Shown: positions 34,068 through 44,806, numbered from the stretch's first letter. The stretch is DNA of 64,000 nt from an uncultured delta proteobacterium (GCA_963728565.1 CAVSLC010000023.1:224001-288000); one strand, 5' to 3'. The notes: a model not told the origin generated them from the sequence alone. A program made the numbers and translations.

Positions 34068-35456
34068 TCATCTGCCGTCGCGGACTGCGAGCTGGCCTTT
34101 TCGTGAAGCGTCAATCGACTCTCCGAGAATTCTCGCGGCCTCCTGGGGCGCGTGAAAGCCACTGGAGTTTTCCGCCTCGACGAAGTCGAGATAGAACTGC
34201 GCCTTCCGCTGAAAGTTGCGCGCGGTATCGAGCTCGGCCTCGGCCTTACCGGCGGCTTTGGTTTTTTTCAAGTCATCGATCAAGGCGATGAGGGCGTCCA
34301 TTGCGAGATTGCGTAGGCGCAACGTCCTTTCTTGAATCGTCTCCACCCGCGCTTTCAATTCCTGCTCGGCAATTTTATGGCAGGTCTGGCAAGCGCGGTT
34401 GATGTTCAACAGCGGGCTACGCACATGATGGTCGCTGATCTTGAGCGCGCCTTCGCGCTTATAGGGCATGTGGCAGTCAGCGCAGGCTACACCGGAGCGC
34501 GCGTGAATCCCCTGGCTCCAAAGCTCGAATTCCGGGTGCTGCGCCTTGAGCACCGGCGCGCCGGTTTCGGCGTGCCTCCAATCCTGGAATTTCTCCTCGT
34601 CATAGTAGGCCAGGATCTCGTCGACTTTAATGCCTTTGGCCCAAGGATAGACGAGTCGCTTCTCGGCTCCCCTGAAGTAGTATTCGACATGGCATTGCGC
34701 GCAAACGTAGGAGCGCATCTCCTGGCGCGTCGCCTGCACGTTGACATCGTAATTCTTGACTCCCTGGCTCGTTTTGAAGCTGGCGATGCCTTCGATAAAA
34801 CCCGGCCGGGTGATTCTGAGCTGCATGGTGTCCGGAGCGTGGCAGTCGATGCAGGCGACGGGATGGTTGACGAGTTTGCGCGCATCTGAAAACGGCATCT
34901 GGTTCAGTTTTTCGAAGCCTTTGATCAAGTCGCCGCTGCCGGCTCTTTTATAGGGGAGATAGACCGACGCATGGCAGTGCAGGCATGTGCCGGGCTGCTT
35001 TACCGCGATCTGCCGCTCGGTATAGGTTTGATCGTCGAGCATGTATGCGTGGCCGCGCTCTTCTCTAAAATCTCGGGCAAACGCGTATCCGGCCCACATA
35101 ATTCTCAGCCGCGGGTCTTCTTCGAGCTTGGATTGCGCGACTACCGAGCGCGGATCGGTTTGGCTAGGGGTCTTCGGCAGCGCTTCACTGCCGCCAAACC
35201 GTGTGCGCACCTGGTCCACAGTGCGACGATAGTCGTCATACTGAAGCGGAAAGTTTTTCCCCCACATCGCCGGATCTTCAGTCTCGTCGTTGAGCTCGAC
35301 CACGCGGTAAAATGGGTTGCGCGCCTCCTGCTTGCGTTCCATGATGTTCACCAGCAGCGCAACCGCAAGTACCGCGATCGCCGCCGCGGCAACGGCCGTA
35401 CCGGCCACCAGCTTCGCACGACTCGGTTGACGGTTTTTCTCTTCGATTGAAGCCAT
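34068..35456 (-). CDS. nrfA: Ammonia-forming cytochrome c nitrite reductase, CxxCH-type
   Basis: MWAGYAF, ERGH, five hemes (CLHCH, CIDCH, CAQCH, CADCH, CQTCH), KAQHPEFE and AENS.GFHAP. Confidence 0.93.
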   Translation of the reverse strand: MASIEEKNRQPSRAKLVAGTAVAAAAIAVLAVALLVNIMERKQEARNPFYRVVELNDETEDPAMWGKNFPLQYDDYRRTVDQVRTRFGGSEALPKTPSQTDPRSVVAQSKLEEDPRLRIMWAGYAFARDFREERGHAYMLDDQTYTERQIAVKQPGTCLHCHASVYLPYKRAGSGDLIKGFEKLNQMPFSDARKLVNHPVACIDCHAPDTMQLRITRPGFIEGIASFKTSQGVKNYDVNVQATRQEMRSYVCAQCHVEYYFRGAEKRLVYPWAKGIKVDEILAYYDEEKFQDWRHAETGAPVLKAQHPEFELWSQGIHARSGVACADCHMPYKREGALKISDHHVRSPLLNINRACQTCHKIAEQELKARVETIQERTLRLRNLAMDALIALIDDLKKTKAAGKAEAELDTARNFQRKAQFYLDFVEAENSSGFHAPQEAARILGESIDASRKGQLAVRDGR

Positions 35457-35464
35457 GCCTGCTC

Positions 35465-35920
35465 CTATTGCGGATGCCCTACCGAACCGTGACAGCGGAT
35501 GCAGCTCATGCCGGCGCTTTCAGCATGGCCGCCGAGAATCGCCTCGCTGAGTTCCTGGTGACAACCACGGCATCGAGTCTCCGTGATTTGCCGGTTTCCC
35601 GGGGTAATGCCGATGGGCTCATGAAACCATCCGGTGGTGAACGCCCAAGAGTGGCGCGCGCCGTTCGCTGACTTGTTTAGATACTTGGCAATCGATCCGA
35701 CCGGCGTATGACAGTCGTTACATACCGCAACGGATCGATGGCTGGAGCGGATCCAGCCGTCGAACTGTTCCTGCATCACATGACAATTTGCACAGGCTTG
35801 GGGATTGTCGGTCAGGTAGGATGCGCCTTTGGCGTACACGAAGGTAAAACCGCCGATGCCAACCGCGAGCCCGACCGCGACACTTAGAAGCATCAGCAAA
35901 AGATTCTCTGATCGCATCAC
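35465..35920 (-). CDS. nrfH: Cytochrome c nitrite reductase small subunit
   Basis: N-terminal TM helix, CANCHVM, CNDCH, CRGCH, CIRCH and VGH. Confidence 0.93.
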   Translation of the reverse strand: MMRSENLLLMLLSVAVGLAVGIGGFTFVYAKGASYLTDNPQACANCHVMQEQFDGWIRSSHRSVAVCNDCHTPVGSIAKYLNKSANGARHSWAFTTGWFHEPIGITPGNRQITETRCRGCHQELSEAILGGHAESAGMSCIRCHGSVGHPQ

Positions 35921-35950
35921 GAACTGCGGCGCCCGCGAAACTAGCCGAGA

Positions 35951-36298
35951 CTATTGGAGATCGGCGATTTTTTTGATTCCATCGCCCCAATCTTCAACTT
36001 TAAAGTCCGAGAACGAAAGCACGATCGGCTCTTTTTCCTCGATCACGATCATCCGGTTATTATACTTCATTAGAAATGAAATCTTGAGCAATAACGAGTC
36101 GTCGCGAAATTCGAGAAGCGTGACCTTTTGCTCGAAATAGGAGTATTGCTTCTCACGCAATATCTCTTCTACTCGCTTACGTGTAAGTGTCTCTTTAGGA
36201 GCTAAAAAGCCGTCCATTTTCCCTCCCCATTCCTCGTCGCCGGCGTTCTTGAGTTGCGATCTCGACATCCTTCCTCCAGCGAATTCATGCCTGCTCAT
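35951..36298 (-). CDS. Hypothetical protein
   Basis: Fills the gap between the CBS gene and nrfH on the same strand; start uncertain. Confidence 0.5.
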   Translation of the reverse strand: MSRHEFAGGRMSRSQLKNAGDEEWGGKMDGFLAPKETLTRKRVEEILREKQYSYFEQKVTLLEFRDDSLLLKISFLMKYNNRMIVIEEKEPIVLSFSDFKVEDWGDGIKKIADLQ

Positions 36299-36716
36299 CT
36301 TCTAACCGGTCGAGTAAAAATCGCAGGACGTCAACATAGGTGACGATGCCCACGAGGCCTTCGCTTTCATCAACGACAGGAATGCCGCCGATCTTTTCTT
36401 CGATCAACAGTTCAACCGCTTCGCGGAGATCGTCCTCAGGCGACATTGTCAGCGGCTTGGCGGTCATTATGTCGGTGACATTGGCTTTGAGGGCTCTGGC
36501 CCGTTCCGCCGGCTTAAGCAGCGACGATTGAGCAAGGAAAGAGCGAATATCGCGATCCGTGACGATGCCAATGAGCTGTTTACTTTCGACGACGGGAAGC
36601 TGTCGATAGTGGTTCTCGTACATTAGCTCTTCCGCCTGGCCTACCGTATCCGAAGGACTCACTGTCAACGGATCCTTGGACATCACATCGAATATTTTCA
36701 TCGAGTTAGCTTTCAT
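36285..36716 (-). CDS. CBS domain pair protein
   Basis: GIVTDRDI and KIGGIPVVD..GIVTYVDV. Confidence 0.9.
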   Translation of the reverse strand: MKANSMKIFDVMSKDPLTVSPSDTVGQAEELMYENHYRQLPVVESKQLIGIVTDRDIRSFLAQSSLLKPAERARALKANVTDIMTAKPLTMSPEDDLREAVELLIEEKIGGIPVVDESEGLVGIVTYVDVLRFLLDRLEDEQA

Positions 36717-36746
36717 GATGATTCACCTCATCACGATCCGTAGAGA

Positions 36747-36761
36747 GCACAGGTTGTGCCA
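36747..36761 (-). promoter_or_regulatory. Sigma-54 -24/-12 promoter
   Basis: TGGCACAACCTGTGC upstream of the CBS-nrfHA unit. Confidence 0.75.
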
Positions 36762-36914
36762 AGTACGTGGAAAAATGCTCCGTAAAGTCGTCCGAGGGGC
36801 GGCACCGAGGCGCCAAACTTTCGCTCCTTTGAGAAAATACTTGCGACAAATTCTATTCGATGCGAAAGCAAAAAACTCCAGATAAGGAATAGATACATTT
36901 TCCGATCTCACCGG

Positions 36915-36929
36915 CGGCATAGTTATTGC
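36915..36929 (+). promoter_or_regulatory. Sigma-54 -24/-12 promoter
   Basis: CGGCATAGTTATTGC. Confidence 0.7.
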
Positions 36930-36972
36930 CCCATTTTCTTCATAGCTCCCGAGTCGAGTTTCAGGAGGGCAT

Positions 36973-37434
36973 ATGGAATCACTAAAGAAAATTCTAGCGC
37001 CGACGGACCTGTCGGACCTTTCGTGCGCGGGCCTGCGTTATGCGCTGGAAATGGGGCGGTCATGCACGGCAGAGGTGATCGTCTATCACGTCATCGACTT
37101 AGGCGATCACTGGATCAAGCGCGAAGATTCCGGGCCAGTCCGGGAAATGCTTGAGCGCCATAGACGCATGCTGAACAAGTTTTTATGGGAGAAGTTCCGG
37201 GAAGAGATGATTCTAACCGAAGTCCGGCAGGTGGTTGAGTTCGGGGGCGCGTCCGACAATATCGTCGAAAAGGCCGAAAGCGAGCAGGTTGACAGGATCG
37301 TTATGTCAACCCACGGCCGAACCGGCATTGATCGCTTGCTGATGGGTAGCGTTGCCGAGAAAGTTATCGCCCGGGCCCCATGTCCGGTCCTGATCGTGCC
37401 GGTGCACAAGCGTAACATCGCAAGGGCTGCCTAA
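36973..37434 (+). CDS. Universal stress protein
   Basis: ILAPTDLS and THGRTG..GSVAEKV...APCPVL. Confidence 0.92.
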   Translation: MESLKKILAPTDLSDLSCAGLRYALEMGRSCTAEVIVYHVIDLGDHWIKREDSGPVREMLERHRRMLNKFLWEKFREEMILTEVRQVVEFGGASDNIVEKAESEQVDRIVMSTHGRTGIDRLLMGSVAEKVIARAPCPVLIVPVHKRNIARAA

Positions 37435-37445
37435 TTCGTCGCAAC

Positions 37446-38261
37446 TCATCGCGCGTGATGGCGGTAAACAAAAAAATAGACCAACGCTACCATCACGCCG
37501 CCGCCGAAAATATTCCCCAATGTGACGGGCACCAAGTTAGAGACTAAGGCGCCCCATGTTAGCAGGTCCGCATTTGCCACGTCAGATCGGTCCCGTAACA
37601 AAATCCCGAGCGGGATGAAATACATGTTGGCTACGCTATGCTCGAAGCCTGCGGCGACAAAGGCAGAAATCGGGAAAACGATAGCGAATATCTTATCGAC
37701 AACACTCCGGCCGGCGAGCGCCAGCCAAACGGCAAGACACACCAGGATGTTGCACAGTATTCCCTTGAAGAACGCCTCAGCAAAAGGAAGTGCCGCCTTG
37801 GCATAAGCTATCTTTACTGCGTTTTCCCCTACCGATCCTGCGCCGGCTTCCGGGTGATTCGACAGGTAGACGAGAACCGCCAGCCCCAACGCGCCGATGA
37901 AATTCGCGCAGTAGATAATCAGCCAGTTGCGCATCAACTCCCATGAGCTTATGCGCCGACTGGCCCAGGCCATGACCATAAAGTTATTGCCGGTGAAAAG
38001 TTCCGCGCCGGCGACCACGACCAGAATCAAACCGAGTGAAAAGGCTATACCGCCGAGGATTCGGCTAAGCGCAAACCCAAGGCTAGCGTCGGCGGTGATG
38101 AAGGTAAAGTAAAGCGCCCCGAATCCGATAAACCCGCCGGCGAGCACGCCAAGCGTTGCCTGTGAAAGCAGCGGCAGGCGCGCTTTGGTGACGCCGATGG
38201 TTTCGACCCGCTCGGCGATTTCCTTGGGCGCATAAGCGTCGAAACCGAAGATTTCACTCAT
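37446..38261 (-). CDS. Formate/nitrite transporter (FNT family)
   Basis: GAELFTGN, GILCNILVCLAVW, GFEHSVANM and VTLGNIFGG. Confidence 0.93.
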   Translation of the reverse strand: MSEIFGFDAYAPKEIAERVETIGVTKARLPLLSQATLGVLAGGFIGFGALYFTFITADASLGFALSRILGGIAFSLGLILVVVAGAELFTGNNFMVMAWASRRISSWELMRNWLIIYCANFIGALGLAVLVYLSNHPEAGAGSVGENAVKIAYAKAALPFAEAFFKGILCNILVCLAVWLALAGRSVVDKIFAIVFPISAFVAAGFEHSVANMYFIPLGILLRDRSDVANADLLTWGALVSNLVPVTLGNIFGGGVMVALVYFFVYRHHAR

Positions 38262-38660
38262 GTCGAAATTCTTCCTCTGAGAGTCGCTGTAAACCGCACC
38301 GCGGGTATTTCATACCCGGCGTCAGTGTGGACTTGTCGCAATAGCTGTCGGCGACGTTGTTCGTCATACCTCCGGGATATCAAAGGTCGTGAAGATCCTC
38401 CGGGTCTGGCAATTGTATCGCGGCGCGCGGAATGTGTTCCCGAAAGGTCGTCATCTCGGTCCGGTCTGTTTTCGATTCAAAGCGTTCGACTAGTGGAAGG
38501 TAACCCAATCTGCCCAACGGCAAAAGAGATGCCCGTGCGAGCTTTGCGAGCTGCGAGCGCCATCCAGGGCACAACGGATTTCTCAATGGCGCGAAACGAA
38601 TGAGCCATGTTTAGCGATTCTGATAATCTTGGCCACCCCGCAGTACCGCTCTTCTGATAA

Positions 38661-38897
38661 CCCAAATTCCGACGTCGAATTAAAAATGCCGGAAGCGAGG
38701 TGGAATCCTGGAGCAGCGAAGGCGTCCGACTGTGAAGTTTAAGAGTTATTTTGCGCTCTCGAACGTCGTTGCGATGAGGCTTAAACATCCCTCAAATCAC
38801 CGCTGAGCGATCTCTGCTCAGAGGCAGAAACCCATTCGCCTTCGCTGCGGAAGGATTCTGCCTCGCGCTTCCTGTCAATCGCAATGCGGCATCCGGG
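38661..38897. mobile_element. MITE copy 2 (degenerate ends)
   Basis: Near-identical over ~230 nt to 58092-58330; ends CCCAAATTCCGACGT and TGCGGCATCCGGG. Confidence 0.8.
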
Positions 38898-38943
38898 TCT
38901 TCTTCTTACAAACCGGCAAAAGTATCTGGTTTCGCAGGCCTGC

Positions 38944-38958
38944 TGGCATCAAAGCTGC
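38944..38958 (+). promoter_or_regulatory. Sigma-54 -24/-12 promoter
   Basis: TGGCATCAAAGCTGC. Confidence 0.65.
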
Positions 38959-38993
38959 GTTATTTGCCGGTGAAGGCTTTGGAGGTGAGAGAA

Positions 38994-39320
38994 ATGGCAG
39001 ACGAAAAGGATCGATTTGGCGATACCATGCGGCTTGTCGAACGGGCGAAAGAAGATATTTACTTCGCCGAGCAGGATCGACAGGTGCTGGAAAAACTTCG
39101 CAGTCAACTCCGTAAGGCCGACACTTCTGACGCGCCCCGGCGCTGTCCCAAGTGCCCCGGCAAGCTAGAGGCTTACACGTTCGAGGGTTATGCGCTCGAT
39201 CGCTGTCAGGAATGCGGTGGAGTATGGTTGGATCGGGGCGAGCTCGAGGCGATCGTCAAGAAGATTAGCCGCGGTCCGCTGGGCGCGTGGTTGGATACGC
39301 TAACGGAGAAAATCAAATAG
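38994..39320 (+). CDS. zf-TFIIB-like zinc-ribbon protein
   Basis: CPKC...DRCQECGGVWLDRGELE; GGAGGT RBS. Confidence 0.85.
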   Translation: MADEKDRFGDTMRLVERAKEDIYFAEQDRQVLEKLRSQLRKADTSDAPRRCPKCPGKLEAYTFEGYALDRCQECGGVWLDRGELEAIVKKISRGPLGAWLDTLTEKIK

Positions 39321-39334
39321 CGAGGAGCTTGGAA

Positions 39335-39853
39335 ATGAGATCAGCGCCGAAAAAATACAACACCTTATACAAGAAGGGTCACATCGAAAGGGATATGTAT
39401 CTGGCGCGGCTGGATCCGAAGGGTGTTATACAATGCAGCGGTTGTGGCGCTTTCCACCATCGACGTTATTGGACTCTGACGCCGCCCACGGGTCTTAGCA
39501 GCCAGATGCACAGTCATTCCGTCTTTTGTCCCGCGTGTCGGAAGATTCAGGATAATTTTCCCGGCGGTGAACTCACTTTGCGCGGCGTTGAAGCGGAAAA
39601 TCGTCAAGAGATTGCGCGGATCTTGCGCAACGAAGAGTCGCGGGCGCGGGAGAAAAATCCGCTTGAGCGGATCATGCGCATGGATGCAGCAAATGGCGGC
39701 TGGCGCATCGAGACGACGACCGAGAAGCTGGCGCAGCGGCTGGGACGCTCGATTAGGAAGGCAAGGGGTGGAAAGCTCGCTTACAAGTGGGGGCACAACA
39801 ATAAGTTTGTCCGTGTGGTGTGGGAAAAGAGCGGGATGGGTGGGGTTAAATAG
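39335..39853 (+). CDS. BCAM0308/NMD3-like zinc-binding protein
   Basis: CSGCGA..W, CPACRKI.D..P.G, NPLERI and TTTEKLAQRLG. Confidence 0.8.
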   Translation: MRSAPKKYNTLYKKGHIERDMYLARLDPKGVIQCSGCGAFHHRRYWTLTPPTGLSSQMHSHSVFCPACRKIQDNFPGGELTLRGVEAENRQEIARILRNEESRAREKNPLERIMRMDAANGGWRIETTTEKLAQRLGRSIRKARGGKLAYKWGHNNKFVRVVWEKSGMGGVK

Positions 39854-39865
39854 GGCCGAGCATCC

Positions 39866-41789
39866 GTGGAGAAAAAAGCACAAGATTTGTCGATCGCGTA
39901 CATCATCGCGGTAATGGCGCTGATGTTTATCGCGCAGTATTTCTTGATTGCCAAGTCGGTGGAAACTCTTTCCTACAGCCAATTCAAAACTCTGCTCAAG
40001 AATAATCAGGTCAGCGATATCGTCATTCGCGAAAAGTACATTAACGGCTCGATCCAGCCCGAGGCGGTCAAAGACATTCTCGCGCCCCAACGAATCAACG
40101 AATTGGGCGAGCGCGCCAAAAAGCCGGTGCCGTTTGAGGTCGTCCGGGTCGAGGACCCTCGTTTGATGTTGGAGCTCGAAGAGGCGGGGACTCCTTTCAA
40201 AGGGGAGACCACAAGCGATTGGCTTTCAGTTGCCCTCTCCTGGCTCATGCCGATTGTCATCTTCTTTGTCTTGTGGAGCCTCCTATCCAACCGCATGGGC
40301 AGGGCCGGCGGCGGCTTGATGCAGATCGGCAAGAGCAAGGCGAAGGTATACATCGAAAAAACCACCGGTGTCACATTCGCCGACGTTGAAGGCATCGACG
40401 AAGCGGAAGAGGAGTTGATCGAAATCGTCGAATTCTTGAAGCACCCGGAGAAGTATCAGCGGCTCGGCGGTCACCTGCCGAAAGGAGTGCTGCTGGTGGG
40501 GCCGCCAGGCACGGGTAAGACGCTGCTAGCCCGGGCCGTGGCCGGCGAGGCCGGTGTGCCGTTCTTCAGCATCTCCGGCTCCGACTTTGTTGAAATGTTC
40601 GTCGGGGTCGGCGCCGCGCGTGTGCGAGATCTGTTCGCTCAAGCCGCAGCGAATGCGCCGAGCATCATTTTCATCGATGAGCTCGATGCGCTTGGAAAGG
40701 CGCGCGGCATCAGTATGCTGAGCAGCCACGACGAACGCGAGCAGACGCTCAACCAGCTGCTCGCGGAGATGGATGGCTTCGATCCCAACAGAAATGTGAT
40801 CATGATGGCTGCAACCAATCGACCGGAAATTCTCGATCCTGCGCTGTTGCGCCCCGGGCGATTTGATCGACAGGTGCTGGTAGATCGGCCGGATGTGAAG
40901 GGCCGTGAGAAAATTCTGCTGCTTCACGCTAAGAAGATCAAACTGGCGCCCTCAGTGGACCTCGCGTTGATCGCGGCAAAGACCCCAGGGTTCGTTGGCG
41001 CCGATTTGGCGAATATCGTTAACGAAGCGGCGTTGTTGGCTGCGCGGCAGAGCAAGGATGCCGTGGAAGACAACCGATTTCGACGAAGCCATCGAGCGGG
41101 TGGTTGCCGGCCTGCAGAAAAAAAGCCGGGTCATGAGCCCGAAGGAAAAGAAAACCATAGCCTATCATGAGTCCGGTCATGCCTTGATCGCGGAGCTGGT
41201 TCCTGGGGCCGATCCGGTCTCCAAAATATCCATCATCCCACGCGGCATCGCCGCGTTGGGTTATACGCAGCAAACACCGACCGAAGACCGCTATTTGATG
41301 ACTCGGTCGGAACTCCTGGCGCGCATTCATGTGCTGCTCGGCGGGCGCGTTGCCGAAGAAATGGTTTTCAACGATGTCTCGACCGGAGCCCAGAACGATT
41401 TGCAGCGGGCAACGGAAATCGCCCGGACGATGGTTACGCAGTTCGGCATGAGCGATAAATTGGGGTTAGTCTCGCTCGAGGGACCGCGGACGCCGCTATT
41501 TCTCCCTGTGCCGGTTCAGAGCGCAAAAGACTACAGCGATGACACGGCGAGGGTGATCGATGCCGAAGTCAAGGAGATCCTTACGGACACCCACCACAAA
41601 GTGCAAGAGATTTTGGCGGCGCACCGCGCGGCTCTCGAAGAGCTTGCCCAATTGCTGTTGAAAAAAGAGGTAGTCGAAAGGCCGGCGCTGCAGGCGATTC
41701 TGAAGGTCATCAGCATCGATCAGGCGAGGGAAAGAAAGAAATCGGGTGATTTGACTAAGGATGAAAATTCCAAATTAAATACCAAATAG
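39866..41789 (+). CDS. ftsH: ATP-dependent zinc metalloprotease FtsH; frameshift at ~41070
   Basis: [17 protein letters not shown] ([20 protein letters not shown]); HESGH in the second frame. Confidence 0.92.
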
Positions 41790-41908
41790 CGCACCATTTA
41801 GTTCTGCGCGGTGTTGCGCGCTCATGTTTTATTTGCGCGGCCGACACAATCCCAGAAGTACAGAATGATATGCCGTTACTCTGAGAAGACCCCAAAGGAG
41901 CAAAGATC

Positions 41909-42547
41909 ATGAAGATTAGAGCTGTTGCCAGGCAGATGATCTTCTCGCTGATATCGACGGTATTCGTAGCCCTCTTACCGGATTCACTATTTGCCCATTG
42001 CGACGGGCTCGATGGTCCCGTTGTGAACGCTGCCCAGAAGGCGTTGGAAACGGGAAAGGTCGATCCTGTGCTTATCTGGGTACCGAAAGAGGCTGAGGAA
42101 GAAATAAAGAACGGCTTTAAGAAGACGTTGGCGGTGCGCAAACTAAACCCGCAGGCTAAGGAGCTTGCAGATATGTATTTTTTTGAGACCTTGGTTCGTA
42201 TTCACCGGGCTGGTGAGGGAGAACCCTATACGGGTCTCAAACCAGCCGGACGCGATCTCGGGCCGGCCATTCCGGCAGCAGATGAAGCTTTGAAAAACAG
42301 TGAGCTAGAGCCGCTGCTGAAGCTGTTGACCCAAGAGGTACAGACTGGGATTCGACACAAGTTTGAAAATGTTCTGGCCAAGAAAGACTATGAAGCAGAC
42401 AACGTGCAGGCGGGCCGAGAGTATGTCGAGGCTTACGTTCTCTTTCTCGAACATGTCGAGCGGATCTTTGCCGCTGCGAAAAGCCCTGCGCGCGGTCACT
42501 TAGAAGAATTCGGCAAACCTGGATCGCATAAAGAAGAAAAGCGATGA
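41909..42547 (+). CDS. DUF6448-like secreted protein
   Basis: Signal peptide then HCDGLDGPVV; FFETLVRIHRAGEG.PYTGLKP. Confidence 0.75.
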   Translation: MKIRAVARQMIFSLISTVFVALLPDSLFAHCDGLDGPVVNAAQKALETGKVDPVLIWVPKEAEEEIKNGFKKTLAVRKLNPQAKELADMYFFETLVRIHRAGEGEPYTGLKPAGRDLGPAIPAADEALKNSELEPLLKLLTQEVQTGIRHKFENVLAKKDYEADNVQAGREYVEAYVLFLEHVERIFAAAKSPARGHLEEFGKPGSHKEEKR

Positions 42548-43038
42548 ACAGGAAGGCCACGTGGCAACGCAAGCTGGCGGGCGGGTAGCGAAGCCGCCCA
42601 GGCGGTAGCCAAAGTTCTGCACGAGCATTTCCTCAAGGAGGAAGAATTCGCGCTGCCACCGCTTGGACTGTTATGCGCCTTGGCCCGCGGCCAGGTCGAT
42701 GAGGATATTAAAACGTCCTTCCTGTGATTGATCGACTGAAAGCAGAGCTACCGCAAATGCTCGAAGAGCATCAAGCTGCGGTTGCGGCGCTGAAAACGTT
42801 GATCACCGCAGCGGAGGCGGACAACAAACCAGAGCATGCGGTTTGCCGGAGAGTGATGTTACATGCGCAGACTGAAGAGGAAGTGCTTTATCCCGCGGCG
42901 ATATTAATTGGAGAATATGTAAACTCAGGCTTGAAGAGGCTTCTCCACGCGGTTGACCCTACTCTCCGCGCTTACCGGCTTCTAGGAACCCATCTGCTCT
43001 CCTGGCCGACCAGGAGGGTACTATTGACCGGTCACTGA
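42544..43038 (+). pseudogene. Hemerythrin/HHE domain protein, frameshifted
   Basis: LHEHFLKEEEFALPPLGLL in one frame, then MLEEH...LHAQTEEEVLYPAAILIGEY. Confidence 0.7.
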
Positions 43039-43039
43039 G

Positions 43040-44806
43040 TTAGGAAGCAACCGTGCGCGGAAGCCACACACGAAAGGTCGTTCCGACGCCCACCTGGCTT
43101 TCGACCGATATTTGACCGCCGTGCGCCTCCGCTATCATTTTACAGATGAGCAAACCGAGTCCTGTGCCTTTTTCAGTTGATGATTCGGAACTAGCCGTTT
43201 GACCATATAATGAGAACAGCGTGCTGCATTCCGTCGCGGCGATTCCGATCCCGCTATCTGTAACCCACAAATCGATCCCGCCGTCTGCTTGTCGTGCTCC
43301 AATCCCAATTTCACCGTGCGGATTGGTGAATTTCAAGGCATTGCTGAGTAGATTATCCAAAAGCTGGTGCAGCTTTTTACGATCGGCGATGATCGAGCCA
43401 ATCCCCGGTTCCACGTCAACATGAAAAGCTATCTTCTTCTGCTGAGTTCGCCAAGTGTATTGACTCTCCACCTGCTTTAAGAGGTCGTATAACTCAAATG
43501 GTTCCTTCTCTAGTTCCAAGTACCCTGCTCCATATTTGGAGAAATCCAAGAACTCGTTGAGCATTTGCGTCAATTCATCACAGCCGTGTCGGATCATGTC
43601 GGTGAAGACTTGTTCATTCTGTTTCGGCTGTCCCGGCTTAGCCAGCAATGATGCCCCGCAGTAGATTGTGTGGAGAGCGTTGCGGAAATCGTGCGCGATC
43701 ATCGCCGCAAAGTCCGCTTGCCGGCCGCTTGCTTTGTGAAGCGCCCCGCGCATTTCGTTGATCACCTGATCGAACTGGCCGGCTGTTTTCGCAAGCTCAG
43801 CTGCCGACCGCGGAGCTTGGTTATATTCACCATCGCCAAGTGCGCGAGCGGCAACAATCAATTTCTCTAATCTACGACGTATCAAAAGATGAGCGCCTAA
43901 CCAGGTGCCTGCGGCAGCCAGAAGCGAAGCGACCATAAAAACCACTAAACTGTTGTAGAAGATTCGCTTTGAATTGGCGAAAGCAACTTCAGTAGGTATT
44001 CCAACGCTCACAAATAGAGCGCCAGTGTTCGACAGGCGATGAAGCGTCGTAAATCCGAATAAACGCCGCACTCCGTCCGGACCCTCGGCCTCAGTGAATC
44101 CTTCTTTTCGTTCCAAAATTGTTTCCACCAGGGAAGGATTGACGGTTGACGTAGAGGGCCATTGCTTTTGTTCCGGATAGCGAGCAAAGACAACCCCTTT
44201 CTGATCGAGCGCCAGAAGAGTGGCGTGGTCCGGCAGTTGCGCGGTGGCGACGATGTTGTTCAGCCAGGTTAAATCCAACCCGACGAAAACCACCGAGTGA
44301 ACAGGACCATCAGGATCAAAAGACGGGTAGGCCAAGGTTATGTTCGGCTTGCCGGACATCCTTCCTACCAGCACGTGGCTGATCCCAAGGCGCCGCTCGT
44401 TAAGCGCCTCCTGAAAATAGCCGCGGTCGGCGACGTTTGCATTACTAGGGTTCGGTAGACCGCTGCAGAAGATATCGCCTTTTGGACTCACTGCGGCAAT
44501 ATTTGTGTAATAGGGAAATTTCTTCATTATCCCGGAGAAAAGCTGGGCGCACTTGGCCGGTTTCCGTTCCCGCACTTCTGGAAGCTGCGCCAAGGTTATC
44601 AGCAGGTGATGGGCGCCACTGATCAGTATTTCTTGTTCCCTTGCCGAAAGTCGCGCGATCCGAAGCGCAGCCTCTTGAGCTTGGAGGCGCGCCTGGCGCT
44701 GCTGCTCTGAGACCGCATACAAGATGACCCCGATCATGCTTGGAAAAATGACTAAGAGGACCAGAAGCATCAGGGAGTTCCGGACTTTCTTGAAGTGGAT
44801 GTGCAT
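43040..44806 (-). CDS. Membrane sensor histidine kinase with periplasmic Cache domain
   Basis: Two TM helices, DRGYF Cache motif, H-box AHDFRN, NLLSNALKF, DSGIG and GTGLGL. Confidence 0.9.
   Translation of the reverse strand: MHIHFKKVRNSLMLLVLLVIFPSMIGVILYAVSEQQRQARLQAQEAALRIARLSAREQEILISGAHHLLITLAQLPEVRERKPAKCAQLFSGIMKKFPYYTNIAAVSPKGDIFCSGLPNPSNANVADRGYFQEALNERRLGISHVLVGRMSGKPNITLAYPSFDPDGPVHSVVFVGLDLTWLNNIVATAQLPDHATLLALDQKGVVFARYPEQKQWPSTSTVNPSLVETILERKEGFTEAEGPDGVRRLFGFTTLHRLSNTGALFVSVGIPTEVAFANSKRIFYNSLVVFMVASLLAAAGTWLGAHLLIRRRLEKLIVAARALGDGEYNQAPRSAAELAKTAGQFDQVINEMRGALHKASGRQADFAAMIAHDFRNALHTIYCGASLLAKPGQPKQNEQVFTDMIRHGCDELTQMLNEFLDFSKYGAGYLELEKEPFELYDLLKQVESQYTWRTQQKKIAFHVDVEPGIGSIIADRKKLHQLLDNLLSNALKFTNPHGEIGIGARQADGGIDLWVTDSGIGIAATECSTLFSLYGQTASSESSTEKGTGLGLLICKMIAEAHGGQISVESQVGVGTTFRVWLPRTVAS

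Noticed and set aside
38477-38788. Similar minus-strand ORFs MFKPH..KLHSRTPSLLQDSTSL at 38477-38788 and 58034-58219 as a small protein family
   Set aside because: The similarity is explained by the MITE; it stops at the element boundary and copy 1 does not keep the ORF.
38661-38897. The 230-nt repeat as a riboswitch
   Set aside because: TIRs and target duplications indicate a mobile element, and two of three copies lie upstream of the promoter rather than in a leader.
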